From: Gracilinanus agilis
Lineage: Eukaryota
Assembly: GCF_016433145.1 (NCBI RefSeq)
Contig: NC_058131.1
Coordinates: forward strand, 534,065,642-534,129,641
Reading direction: 5' to 3'
DNA length: 64,000 nt
Shown here: positions 49,336 through 63,490 of the stretch, one piece after another
How positions within the stretch are numbered: position 1 is the first letter of the stretch
Layout: each line of letters opens with the position of its first letter
Made by a program: the position numbers and the translations under genes
The notes under the pieces: generated by a model
What the model was told of the DNA's origin: nothing
Seen by the model: only the letters and a program-made list of their open reading frames with translations
Databases searched by the model: none

Positions 49336-50939
49336 GACTTGGAACAAAATTAAAGGCTACTTTCTCAGGGAACCATAACCTGGTCAGATGAGATTAGGAT
49401 AGTGTTATACTTGGAGGCAAAAAGAACTGTACTAAAGTCCTGTCTCAGACACTTATTAGCTGGGTGAGCTTAGGCAAGTCACAACCTCTCAACTTCAATT
49501 AATCTGTGAAGGGAGAATGTTGGGTTGAGTAATCTCTGAAGTTCTTACTAAAATCAATGATACCTTAATCCATGATACAGTGATCTAATTAAACCTTTGG
49601 CTAAGAGTTCTGCTTTATGCAACAATGTAGTTGAAAAAGAATAATAAAATGAGAAATTAAGTTTTCTAACTTGTTACCTTAAAAAAATAAGCTACAAAGT
49701 AATAATTATGACTTTGGAATATGCTTAAGATTAAGGAATGAACAGTATTCATCCATAGTCATAGGCTGCATCTGGACATATATGCCCCTTTAGATTCTTG
49801 TACTGTTTGGACTTAGATCAGCCTGTTCCTGAGCCCCAGGCTTTGTTTTAGTCCCATGACTGAAGAAGAAGTAGGACAGGATTTTAGCCCATCCAGATCA
49901 CTGGCATAGCATAATATTTGGCCTGACTTTGGTCTTGTTCTTGAATCAGGGTCAGTTTGTGGTTCTCAAGAGTGTTTGTGACATGCCTTGAGGTAGAGGC
50001 CTGGATATGTGTAAAGGGAAAGTGCTTGAACACAAAGAGCTCAGGGCACATGGGACATGTCTGCATGACTGAGCAGAAGCTCTGCGGAGACTCCTTGCAG
50101 CTCTGCTATTCCTTGAAGTATTCTTGATATCAGAGGCAGAGAATTTTCATATTCTTTATTATTGACTATATGAAAATTCTCAGAATAATGGTGAGGACAT
50201 TCCTATTCAAACTGAATTTTGACTTCTTAATAATAATGAGAATTATTATGATATTATTAGAATTTTATTTTTATATTATTAGAAATTAAATTTAAATTAG
50301 CATATTATTATTAGAAATGATTGATAAAATTATATCATGTTATAATAATTATTTTATACCTTAATTTATGCTACACTTTAAAATTTGCAAAGCACTTTAA
50401 ATTTTTATCTTATTTGATCCTCGTAACAACCATAGAAGGTAGGTGCTATTATTATTCTTACTTTACAGATGAAGAAACTGAAGCAAACAGAGGTTAAGTG
50501 AATTCCCAGCATTACACATCTAGTGAGTGACTGAGGCTGTATTTATAATTTTTTTTGTGTTGAATTAAATGATTGCTGTCATTTCTTCTATGTTTCAACT
50601 CTGATTCTTCTGTGATTTTCTCCATTTCTAGAGCATTTTAACATCAACAGAGTCCTCTCCTCATTTGTGCTATGAAGCTTTAGGGAGCCACAAAGGGCTC
50701 TTGAGTAGAGGAGGGACTGGGTTGGACACATTCCATATTTTACCAATGTCGTGTATTCCAAAACATGTTATAGATTTCATTGGTAAAATATTTTATTTGA
50801 ATATTACCATCTCAAATATTAAGTTCCTATCAGATTTCCAGAAAGAAAACTTTAACCCAAATGTAAAACAAAGGCAGCTAAGTGGCTCAGTAAATAGAAC
50901 ACTGGTATATTTTTAGTACTATTAAAACATTTTAAGTAT

Positions 50940-51600
50940 ATCATAGAATTAGGGAAGATACCCAAAGCTTTGTGACTTGGAGGTACTTGGTCTGGTTGAC
51001 TGGGGATGATGGTATCATAAATAGAAATAGGTAAAATGAGAAGAAAGAGGATAGTTGTTGTTTTTTCCCTGGGGGAGGGCAAGTTGGGAAGGCGATGGTT
51101 GAACTAATATATTCACTTGTGGCCATGTTGAGTTTAAGGTGCCTCGAAGGTATCCAGGTGAAAATATTCAATGGTAAGAAGTATGGATCTAAAAGGCATA
51201 GGAGAAATTAGGAATGAAATATAGATTTGGGAATCATCTGCATAGAGGCTATGACTGTGACCATGAAAATAGATGAAATTACCAAGGGGAAAAATGGAGA
51301 GAGAAGAGGTCTGGGACAGAGCTTTGGGTATTACTCACACTTGGGGGAAGGAGGAAATAAAAGAAACATAAGAACCATAGAAGGAGGCTCAAGAAGTGTG
51401 AGAATTCATGTAGAAGGAAGGGCATCCAGGAAAGGGGAGAGTCAATGGACTCGAATGCTACAGGATATTTAAAGAGGTTGAAAACTGAGGAAGAGCCATC
51501 AAATGTAGCAATTAAGAAGGCATTGATGACCTTTGATAGAGCAGTTCCAGTGGAATGGTAGGGTCAAAAGTCAGATCATAAGGGGCTGAGGAGTGAACAT
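50940..51600 (-). mobile_element. L2 fragment
   Basis: The minus-strand frame PSRHLKLNMATSE matches the L2 motif RHLKLNM. Also tagatttgggaatcatctgcatagagg. Confidence 0.8.
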
Positions 51601-52739
51601 AGCACTTTGTTCTCTATACAAGGATATTTCAATTAATGGATCCCCCTGGGATGGAAGCTTCCTTGTAGAACCAGCCCAGTGGGGAAGAGGGGGAGGAGTC
51701 TTATCAATCATATGAAGGTAAGCTATTTACCTGTATGAATTTATGGTGAATATATTTAATTCATTTTAATTTGTCCAGCCCTCTTTTGAGGTAAACAAAG
51801 TCAACACTTGGCAAAGTTATGAAGTCAACATTTCAACAGACTTTTATTAAGAATGTGTATATGTATATGTAGATATATACATATATAATGTGTCTGTATA
51901 TAGTTATATATGTGTGTGTGTGTATATAGATATAGATGTCAAGGAAGATGGAGCTATGATATTAATCCAGGTTTTCCTGAACAGGGAGACTCTCTCAAGA
52001 GATATAGATCAGCACCTTCTCTGCAAAATAGTGTTGGAAGAGTTACCTAAACAACTCAGATAGCCTTGAAAGCAAGCTTCCTAGTGCTTTTATGTAACTT
52101 GGAGTAAGGGGACAGAAAGAGATTGTCTTTGGTATCTCCTGAGGATGCTGGCTGAGTGTGGCTATCAGAGGCTTAAGCCTAGTGCCTCTCACACTAGTAG
52201 TTATAAGGGGCAGAGAAGGCTCTGACCTTTGCTACATTCTTCATCCAGGGCCATAGGCTCAGACTCATAGTTAGAAGGGATCTTCAGGGTCATCTGGATC
52301 AATCCTTTCATTATACAAATGGTAGAACAGAAGAAGCTAAATGACTTAATCAAGATCATACTGATAATAGGCATCAGAGCCAGAACTGGAATCAGGTCCT
52401 CAGACTCCAAGTCTGATGCTTTAATACTCATTCTGCTTTATATACTATAGCAAATCCCTTATTTCTATACTTCTCTTTCCTTACTTTTTTCTCAAGCAGA
52501 GAAGTTATATCTCTCTTCTAATCTTAAATAAAAAGATCTACCACCAGCACTAATTCTATTCCTCCATATTGTGTTTTTTGAGTTTGAATGCTTAGAAGAA
52601 TACAGTGGGGGTGTAAGAAGTTTCTAGAAGATATTTTTAGTTTGTTTTGGAAGAGGCACCTATCTGCAAAGAACAAAATATGTCTTATCAATCTGTCCAT
52701 CTGCGAAAAGTATTTAAGTTGGCAAGGGTCTGTTACTAA

Positions 52740-53100
52740 TAACTACATGGCTCTTTCATCTCTGTGCATTTGCAATGGCCATACCTCATGCCTGGAATGT
52801 CTTGCCTCCTAACCACCAACTCATAAAGCCTCTCTCTTCCTTAAGCACCACCTTCTTCGTGAAGCCTTTCTTGAGACTTCCAACTTATTGCCATACACTT
52901 CTTCTCAAACAACTTTATATTTAACTACTTTACATATCTGTGTATTTAGTCACTTTATAGTTTTACTGTATATATTTGTCTCTTCCATTAGAATATAAGA
53001 ACAGGACTTGTTTCATTCTTTGTACTTGTATCTCCAGGACCTAACACAGGATCTGACACATAATAGGTGCTTTATTAGAAATTTGTCCATTGATTATTGA
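52740..53100 (+). mobile_element. L2 3' end
   Basis: catgcctggaatgtcttgcctcct...gacacataataggtgctttatt. Confidence 0.75.
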
Positions 53101-53354
53101 TTAAATAGGTGGAAAAACCTGGACCAAATGAACTGTTAGCTATGTAAATTGGTTTACCTAATTGAGTACTTCCTCCAATCAAATTAGAATACAGTTTTGT
53201 CTTCTGTCATGCTTCTTCTCTTCTCACTGTTTGCACCCAGGTTTCTGACTCTTGATTCCTCTCCTTTCGATTATGATAATAGTCTCTTAAGTAGCCTCTT
53301 CTCTTCTACCCTGTTCTTCTTCCAGTTCATCCTACAGACAGCAGCATGTTTAAC

Positions 53355-53571
53355 TTTTTGTGACCCCATTTGGGGTTTTCTTGGCAAAGGTACTCAAGTG
53401 GTTTGCCATTTCCTTCTCCAGCTCATTTTACAATTGGGGAACTGAGGCAAACAGAGTTAAATGACTTCGTCAGGGGCACTAACTAGTTTCCGAGGTCAGA
53501 TCTGAACTCTGGAAAATGAGTCTTCCTGACTTCAGGTCAGTACTCTATCTAATGGGCTACCTAGCTGCCCC
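53355..53571 (-). mobile_element. MAR1 SINE (CORE with RTE-type tail)
   Basis: tttgtgaccccatttggggttttcttggcaaag...gccatttccttctccagctcatttta...ctacctagctgcccc. Confidence 0.9.
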
Positions 53572-54204
53572 TGTGAAGGGTTTTATATGCTTTTAGTTCA
53601 TTCCTTTCACTTATATATGAGGAAATTGAGGTCCAGAGGATTTGTTAAATGATATGACTACTCCAATATAGCTTAAACTTTTCTCAACTATTTGGATCTG
53701 TATATTCTATAGTCATGCCAGTTTTTTGACTATTTACTGGTACTCTAGGAGAGATACTTCTGCTAATAAGGACTATTCATTAATCCTTGAAAACACTTTA
53801 TGTCTCTACCTTTGTTCTCACCATTACCTTCACCTGGAATGCCCTTCTCTCATCAATGCTACCTGGCTAATTCTTACCCATCCTACTACATTTCTACCCA
53901 TCATTTCTAATTTCTGACATGAAACCTTGCCGGAGTATAAAAAAATGATAAAAGCAATAATAACAACTCATATTGATCTTCTAAGTTAAGATTTACAAAG
54001 TGCTTTCTTCACAGTCTTGGAAGGTAGCCAATATAATGGTGCTATTTCCATTTTACATATGAATATACTGAGGCATAGACTTGGCCTTATCAGTCAGAAG
54101 TAATCTCTTACTCTTCCCTGAATTACTACCATATATTATACCTCTCTCATTGTGCATTAGCATTCTCCACATATTTGTACACATATCTCTCCTATTAGAC
54201 CAGA

Positions 54205-54450
54205 AGCAGCTAGGTGGTATAACAGAGTGTCAGACCTGGAGTAAAGAAAACCTGACTTCAAATCTAACTCCAGACACTTTCTAGCTGTGTGATCCTGAGA
54301 AAGTCACTTAACTCTATCTGCCTCAGTGTCCTTGGTTGTAAATTAGGGATACTAATAGCCTCTATCTCCCACAGACATTGTGAGGATCAAAAGAGATGAG
54401 CACTTGGCACAGTGCCTAGCACATAGTAGATAATTAATAAATGCTTTTGT
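54205..54450 (+). mobile_element. MIR SINE
   Basis: gcagctaggtggtataacagagtg...ctgcctcagt...cctagcacatagtag. Confidence 0.85.
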
Positions 54451-57328
54451 CCTTCCTTCTTTATCTGAAACCTATGGATCTCCAAGGGGGTGTGTAGATT
54501 TCAGAGTATCTGTAAGCTTAGTTATGGAAAAAAGCATGTCCTTATTTTTACTAATTTTAGTTCTAAGTGGAATTTAGCATTTTCTTTAATTATTTAAAAA
54601 CATGATTCTGCAAAGAGGTTCATAGCCTTTACGCGACTGACAAAGGGGGTCCACATGACCCTAACAAACGGTAAACCTTCTGAGTACTGATTAACTATAA
54701 ACTTCATGAGAGTAGAGATTATATCCTGTTTACTATATTCTTGTGTACAGGTGGATGTTAAAAAAATGTATTGAGTGACTCAATAACAAATTTATCATAA
54801 TTTGTTTTAACTTTTCTCCATTTTCTGTGATTCTTTCCTCTCTTCTATTTGCTAGGTTCTCAGGAATATTTTTTAAAATGAATTTTGAATGTGTTTGTAG
54901 ACACTTGAATTCTTTCTCTTAATTTACTGGTACAAGGACTAAAGATTATATCAATAGGCATGATTGAGTAACTAAAAATCCCAACTGGCCCCCCAGACTT
55001 AACCAAATTAGATATACAAATCAGTGTATAGTTTGTTTTTTAAGTAACTTTACTAGGAATCACATAGTGAATTAGTGACAGACTGAGAAATAGACCCAAA
55101 GCCAGCTAATTCCCAATCCAATTTTGAGCCTACTAAATGACATTTTCTTCCCTCTCCTTTCCTTTGCTAAGTTTTAATGTCTAGATCACCCTCTCCACAT
55201 TTAGCACTGCCCCAACTCCCCCAGGCAGGAAGTTTAAGTAGCCACTCTGACCTCTCCCTCCCATTCCCTGGAATGTGGTACAATATTTCAAAGGGTCCAT
55301 TAACCGAATTTTGTTGTGGGCTGCAATCTGAGGATCTCTAAGCACATCACAAAGGTAGATGTTGTCTTTAGTATTGTATTGGAAGTATCTCATTCAAAAA
55401 GAAATCCAGAGCAGAACTAGGTAAAGCAAAATACCTAAGGCATAACAGAGCATCAAATGCAAATTCTCTGAATTCCTAACCAGCTATACTGAAAACTTAA
55501 GACAATGTTCCTTTGCTTGAATTTTCCTGAACTCACCTAAGTTCACCCTTGCTCCCTTATTAATTAATAATGATCAGAAGGTCTTTGACATTCACTCCAA
55601 ATAGAGTTAAAGAGTTGGGAAGGAAATTATAGATAATAAGCATTAAATATAAGTCTCAATGCAAATATGCAGTGCTCAGATAAAATGAAAGTTGAGAGTA
55701 AGGAGAATAAGATAAGATACTTCTTTATCAGGAATGGTACACAAACATGTAGGCTAGCCAAGGTCTTCATCATTAATCACGGGTGTAGATAACCCAACCC
55801 TTCAACCCTAACTCAGGCCATTACGAAAGTTATGACTAAAAAAAAGTCCAATAATAACAAAAGTCAGATCACTCACAAAGAGCCCTCATTCTTTTTTCCA
55901 TATGTCTCCATTTCTTTCATTCACCGCCTCCATTTTATGTTGTAGCACAATACTTGCCCTGCTAACAAGGATGAAACATAGCAGCTGCCTCGTTGAAGAA
56001 AACTTTGGTTAAAAGTACCAGGTTTGCTTCATCTCCCAGGGTTCACAAAGAAAACAGGCATAATTATCCTTGGAGGCCACTGTTGGTAAATGGAGAGAGC
56101 AATAGAGGTCCAGCCAAGGGCTTATATGTCAAAGCTGTAGCTAAGAACTCAGTTACAATCATTAATTATCCCAACTTCAGGTGGGGGTTGGGGAGGGAGC
56201 TCCCTTTATAGTTCAATTCAGTGGTGGTTCTGCAAATCGTCACCAAGGGCCAGTGGTTACTCCAGGCTGATGACTGTTCTGCATTCTTCCAATGTGGACA
56301 CGGGGAGCTGTTGAAAAGAATTGAGACACTTGTCAACAGAATGGGAAGCTGGGCTTCATCAAAACAATTTTAGTCTCTGGGACTAATGACCTTTTGCTGC
56401 CGTTTGTTTTAGTTAGGAACTAAATGGCCAAGTTGTTTTAGATAACAGTAGCTTGGCCTACCCTTACTAGGTCCTTTTTTTATTTTGGAGAAATGATAAA
56501 AATAGTAAGCAATTATAATTATCAATTTATTTCAAAATGAAGTTATCCACTACAGAAAATAACTTAAGGATGGATTAAAGTGCTTAATAAGCATAATGAT
56601 TTGGAAGAAGAATGCCTCATGGTATCACTTGTTTGTTTCCACTAATACACTAATAATAGTTGTGCATAATAAAGATATAACCTTTCCAAGGGGCTATATG
56701 TTTCCAATTTTTTTTTTTATTGCTGTAAACTGAGCTAGCTGATGAGCAGCCTCCAGGGATGGGACAGGATCACCCTTGTTTCCTGTTCAGCCTTGCTGAA
56801 GCAAAAAGCTATTGAAAGAAAAGAACGTAATGACTTTACAATCCAGGTAAAAGGTTCAGGAGAGCTCAGAGGTCAATTGATTTTTAATCCTACTTTTTTA
56901 ATGCTAAATCTTGATCACTGAATTTCTTTTCCTAAAGAACAAATAGATTCCTAGCTAATAAGTCTGCAAAGCCAATTTAAAAATAAATAAGGTATGCTCA
57001 GTCATAAATATAAAAACCCATCCTAGGAAAGTAGAGGATAGAATATTTTCATTTATCTAAAGTGTTCTAAAGGCCCATTTTAAAGGGTATACAATTTTTA
57101 TTTAAAATAAATGTACATGAATATGACTTTCTATGACTAAATATATATCTGGGCATGAGAGTATATGGAAATGTCTGAATTATCTAAGTAAAAATAGCAA
57201 ATCTACCTTACATAGACCATCAGCTAATTTACTGAAAATTGCACTGTTGACCATTTTCTTACTGCCCCATCTCAGAATGGAGAACAGAGATATTAGTTGC
57301 ATCATTGTGAAGCAATGAGATTTCGGTA

Positions 57329-57484
57329 NNNNNNNNNNNNNNNNNNNNNNNNNNNNNNNNNNNNNNNNNNNNNNNNNNNNNNNNNNNNNNNNNNNNNNNN
57401 NNNNNNNNNNNNNNNNNNNNNNNNNNNNNNNNNNNNNNNNNNNNNNNNNNNNNNNNNNNNNNNNNNNNNNNNNNNNNNNNNNNN
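57329..57484. other. N-run, 156 nt
   Basis: Directly visible. Confidence 0.99.
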
Positions 57485-60400
57485 GCTATGTGAGGTCTGG
57501 GGTCTGGTTCTCATAAATTCTGGCTAGACTGATCCTGTAATTTCAAGCAAAGGATAAAAGCGTTAGCCAGAGTCATCAGTGTTCAAGGTCCATGATGTTG
57601 GATATTATTCATGTAAAGGTTTAAAAAAGGAAAAAAAAAACACTTAAAGGAAGGCCCTAGTAGACATGCATAGTTCTGGGCTCATGGGATTGTGCACATG
57701 TTTATTTTTCTAAAAAACATTTACATCCATATATGCAGGAAATGTCACTGGAAAAAATAAAACCATCTTGGAATTTAGCAAATAAGCTTTCCATGTAGTT
57801 GCCATGATGGGCTGTGATTTTGGCATTATACAATTTCTAATATGCCCCATGAAGAATTAAATAGCATCTAATTATTTCAGCTTGAAATTGACTTCCCTAA
57901 AGTTTAAAACTGGAGTAAAAACGTGTTTTTAATAAAATTTACCATCGTGAACAGTCATTTAAAACCAATTTGGATGGATTTAGGAGTGATTAGAGCAAAA
58001 ATTCCCAAGACATTTGGTAACTTTACAAATGATTTTATAAAATATGCTAAGACCATTCAAACAATTATTTTGGCTAAATCTGGATTCCTCTGATTTTAAA
58101 ATGAATTTAATTCTTTGAGCACTCTGCTTTTGAAATTAGGTTAGAAATATTGAATGACTTTCTCTTCTATATTATTTTATTTCTTAGACGGAGAAGGAAA
58201 GCGTCTAGATTTTATTGTCAATTTCTTAAAAAATATATAAAATGTACTTTTTCCTGAGTCTACAGTAAATTTACAAAATGTGACCTACCATCATCTTTGT
58301 CAATATTTTTTAAAGCCTACCTAAGGTTACAGAAAAATTCTCCTGAAGTTCCAAAACTTGTTGTCATTCATAAGGACATCACAAGTAGAGAAGTCTGCAA
58401 GTATCTAAATAAACTAAGCTTTCTACTTAAACATCCTTGGTTTCATTGTTTATTCTGGAATTCAACTCAACTTCACATTTCAAGAAGGTGGTTAGTCTGA
58501 GTTTCTTTTGGTCAGTTTTCACAGCTACCAGGCTACATACTTTGCATTGGTACTGCTTATAATAAGTCTCCAGGTTCCTAGTTTCCTTCTGTGCCTCTTC
58601 TTAGTAAAGACAAAAAAGAATGTGTGAGTGTATTATACAAATATTATAGAGACATATGTATATGTATGTATATATGTACTTTTTTAAACAAAAGATGCCC
58701 TAAGAGTCTTTTATTAGATTAAAAACAAAACAAAACAAAAAAGAGTATAGAAATATGACAAACTATACTTCTTTTAGTCCTTTTGCCTACTTTTCTCTAT
58801 GTTCCCTTCTTGATTTCCTTCACAGACACTGAACATGTGGGCCAGTACTTATTTTTATGCTTTGGATAGATAATTTCCAGGCTTAAATTCTATCCGTATT
58901 TTGGCCTATGTTTAAGGCAGAATTGGAAGGGATGTAGAATTATGAAGGTAAAATTCCACAATGACTTCCGTCAGAGACATAAAGAGCCAGAGAAAACAGC
59001 AATAGTTTTGGCAAATAAAAAAGCCTCTGCTACTATTTTTCTTCCACAACTACTCCTGCTTTGCAAGGTGGCAATTCTTGCCTACCTCTGAAGATCACAC
59101 GCCCAAAAGATAAACCCCAACTACATGACACAGTAGAGAAAAATTTGGGGGAAATCTTTTATATTTATTAATTGGATTTAATTTTATTCTGTCCCTGAAG
59201 AAAACTTAAAAGTCTAAAATGAAAATTTCTGAAAATTCAAAGTTAGTGTAAAGCTGAGATCCAAAGTCTGGTAACAATGCATAGTTAATTGATTTTAACC
59301 AGTAAGTTGATGTAAAATTCAGAAAAGGTTCTGGAAACCTATGTATATGGTATCCTCTTCAAAACCTTTTCCAGATTGCTTTTAAAACAAAATTACATAA
59401 AATTAGTAAACTATATGGAAGAAGGAATCCAGAGTCACCAATCTAAGGATCTGAGCTCCTATTAAGGCATGACCTTTTTGTCCACTGAAATCTGACCTTG
59501 GATTCAATGGAAGCTCTGTGTATATAGTATCTGAGGCAATGGCTCTAAAGTACACTGATATTACTATTCACTGGTAATTGGCAAACATTGACTGAGTACA
59601 CAGTTTACTCAATCCATTGCTAAAAATTTATAAAACACATCTCATTTAAAAATAACATGATTATTTGTAAAAATTTAGAATCTCAGTGGTTTGGTTTTTT
59701 TTCAACTTTCAAAATCTGTTCCACAACTTCATTCATTTCTTTTCAGGTCAGGCTTAATTTGAAAATAAAAGTATAGAGAGAATCTATTTAAAGATCCTTT
59801 AAAAACCAGTGAGGCACTAGTTCAAAATATTCATCTGTTTAATTATGATACTATTTCTGACTTTGTATAACACTTCTTACTATTATATTTCATTAAAATA
59901 TATTGGAAGCAAGCTTTTAATCACTAATCTGAAAATTATGAAATTTTCTACATACAGGGGAAGGGAGGAAAAGAACTAAACCAATTTGACTAATATGATT
60001 AGTAACTTCATAGTTATAAATGCAAAGTAATATAAGAACACTGCAGAGTTAAAGGATCTAAAATAAAAGAGCAAAGAAATGATGTTTTAAAAGTAAGTTT
60101 AATGAACAAATGAGCTGTATTGTTTCTTCTATTTGAATGTTTTCATTTGGTTATAGGAACATGAAATAGGTTATGTTATGTTCCACTCTGATCAATACTT
60201 ATAAACATTATAAAGATGGAAAATGAACATTTATTTTATTTTTTGGTATGTTTTTAATATCCATAAACTATTTAACTAGCATCATGATTAAAATAAAAAT
60301 TATTAGGCTTTAAAACTAGTTTAGAGTCATATCCAATACTTTATGAGTAAACAACACTAAGGCATGTAAGAAAAACAAAATTTAGTATATGTTTAAAAGT

Positions 60401-61799
60401 CTTGCTTAGTAAGATCAAATTGAAAGAGTTAGTGAAAATGTGACCTAATCATGCTTTGCAAACCAAAACACATCTGGTAGGTCTAATTTTAGGTCTAATA
60501 GCCTTGATTGTGTCCCTTGATGAAAGAATAGCGAGGAAAATGTGTCCAAACAGGAAATGTTGATAAAACTTTGGGTTTTTTTTCTTTACCTATAGTTTAT
60601 ACATCAAAGTAAAAGTTCATGAGTATTTGCAAAAAGAAAATCTACTTATGGAATTTTAAGAAGAATCAAAGAATTATATCACACTCAATGGATTGCTTGG
60701 TGGAATGAAATATTATAGCATTTGCTTTAGTTTAATACTTAGTAGACAAGTCCCCTGAGTAAGGACTTTGACTAATTCCATTCCTTTAAAGAGCCTAATA
60801 TGATGTTGACACTCTAGTGTTAAATAATATATTTCAGTATGAAGGAAGTACTCAAGGCTTTCATGTGGAAATATTGCAAAACATCCTGAATCTTTGAAAT
60901 TAAAGAATCAAAGAAAAGAGGTAAAATTCATTTATGCCCCAAATTCTCCTTTCATACTTGTTTTTCCTAGGTTAGGTTTACATTTCATAGAGGTTAAGGG
61001 TTCCATCACCTTCCCTGAGACACAATTTCATGATCTATTAACTCTTACTATCGAGATTTACCTATTCATTCAACTCCTTGCACCAGGCTGAATAATGTAC
61101 CTCCCTTTTCAGTGTCAGCATTAAAAAAAAAGTAGATATGTATGTCTCTTTTCCTTCCCATCTGTACATATATCTTAGTCAAATTGTACTTGCTTAGTGA
61201 ATCCTTTCATCTTTCCTCTTAGATCTAGATATTAGATGTTTAACATAAAGGGATACTTCCAGATCAAAAATTTTCAGTGACACCAATGGAGGGATATCTT
61301 GTGTATTTGTCTCAAAATATGAACATGAACTTAATATAATTCATATAGTGTCCACAGTTTCATTGTGCTACCTTTTCTAATAAATTCTTAATTTTCTTCA
61401 CTAGCTTCATTAGACAGTGGGATAGAGAGATTCAGATGAACAAATATTTATTATGCAAATATTATATACTAAGTACTAGATATACAAACCCCAAAATGAA
61501 AGTCCTTAAACTAAAATCCTAGATATCTAATCATGAGAGGATAGAGTTAAGGACTGAGCCCATGAGTTCTTTGGAATTGAGAATTCCCATATGAGGAAAT
61601 GCCCTCTACCATTTCAGGTTAGCATTGTCTCTGTAACTTGAAGTCTTAGGGAGAACTAAGCAGGTAAGTGACTTGCTCAGGGTCACATAGTCAATATGTG
61701 CTGGAAGAGACGTGTGAGCCCAGGCCTTCCTATTTCTGAGATCATCTAATTCTATACACTATGCCACAATGCCTTTCTTAAGAGGAGAGAAATCAACTT

Positions 61800-62660
61800 A
61801 GACATCAATACTAAATTTACGGAGCTGGAAGGGGAGATTGAAATAGTTGAGAAAGGAGAGGTCACTAAAGTTTGAGGATCAGTAGTGATAAATGGAGGAT
61901 GAAGCTGAGCCTAAGAGGAATATAAGAATTCTAAAATGTAGACATAGAATGTATGTACTTTTCAAGCATGAGGGATGATTATGTGAATGTTCAAAAGTGG
62001 GGGAGGGGTTGTCATGTTGAATTTCAGGAAAATTCAATAGTCTAGTTTGACTGGAGTATAGTAAATGAAAGGTAGAAATGTGAAAAGACCAGAAAGGCAG
62101 GATGAAGAATGATTGGGAAGAGCCCTGAATGTCACATGCAGGAATTTGCATTTTATCTTATCAGCAATGTTGTTGGCGTTTTCTGGGTGAAAATATTGGA
62201 GTAGTTTTCCATTTCTTTCTCCAGCTCACGTTATAGATGAGGAAACTGAGGCAAATAGGGTTAAGTGGCTTGTCCAGAATCACATAGCTAATAAGAATCT
62301 GAGGCCAGATTTGAATTCAGGCTTTCCTGACTCTAGGCACTATTCACTGGGCCACTTAGCTGCCCTAGCAATTAACACTAGGGAATCATTGTCCATTTTT
62401 GAGCATGGGAAAGTCATTTTGACAGCTATGTGAATGATGGATTGGAGACTGGGCAGAATGGTGATAAAAAGACCCATTATGAAGCTGTTATAATAGTCCA
62501 GGTGGCAAATAAAAAAGGACTAAACTAGGGTGGTGGCTGTATGAATGGAGAGAAAGGAAAAGATGTGAGACACTGAGAATCGAGAATTGATAAACCTTGG
62601 CAACTAAGTGGATATTGTTGGAGAGGAAGGTGAAATACAGGGACTAGTCAAAGATAATTC
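61800..62660 (-). mobile_element. L2 fragment interrupted by a MAR1 SINE (about 62168-62366)
   Basis: Antisense L2 motifs on both sides. MAR1 signature ttttccatttctttctccagctcacgttatagatgaggaaactgaggc. Confidence 0.8.
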
Positions 62661-63159
62661 TATGGTTACCTAGGCAGAGTTCATAAAAAGTTAGAACTAG
62701 AAGAACCTTAGAGATCTAGTCCAATATCCTCATTTCAAAAATGAGGAATTTAAAGGCAAAGATATTAAATGACTGGTGTAGTTGTGGGGTTAGGACTGGA
62801 ACTGTGGTCATATCTTTAATCCCTTTTATGTACTTCAAAGAGGGAATATTCACCAAATGCTGATTGAGCACCAAATCTCCCTCCATCCTCCCCCAAAAGA
62901 ATCCCCACTATTAATTTATCATATTAAATCAAACTATATTACCTGCAACTGAAAGAGAAGTAGGTGGAGCATGCAGATGATATGTAATTTAAGGAGCACT
63001 GGAAAGTCCACTAATCAGAAATGCATCTTTTTGAACCTTTCATCAGAATCACACTTTAAAGGGCCTTCTTAATGGATGCTTATAGTAGCCGAAATATGAT
63101 CTCTGGATGCATGAAGGAAAGCATAATGTCAGGTACAAGGGAATTATTAGTTCATGCTA

Positions 63160-63490
63160 TCCAAAAAGGAATTGGGTGTTTTAACCTAGAGCAAAGAAGA
63201 CTGGATGTCATGATACCAGTCTTCAAATAATTAAAGAGTTGTCATATGAAAGGTATTAGCCTTGGTCTTGCTTAGATTTTGGAGAACAGAATGAGGGCCA
63301 AGGAGTAGACATTATAATGAAGTAGGTTTCAGCCCACACAAGGAAAGAATTCCTAATGTTTCCAGCTGTCCAGAGATAGAATGGGCCACATCTTAGATGT
63401 AGTGAGTTATGAATGATGACATGTCGGGTGATATTGTAGAAAGTGGGATTTGAATTAGATTACCTCTGGATTCTCAACTCCAAGATCGCA
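63160..63490 (+). mobile_element. L3/CR1 3' fragment
   Basis: ttaacctagagcaaagaagactgg...cagtcttcaaataatt...ggaaagaattcctaat, same family as about 28950-29200. Confidence 0.75.

Noticed and set aside
59730-59755. Possible recursive splice site ttcttttcAG|GTCAGG
   Set aside because: The reconstituted donor is weak (not GTAAG/GTGAG), and no downstream exon-defining donor is evident.
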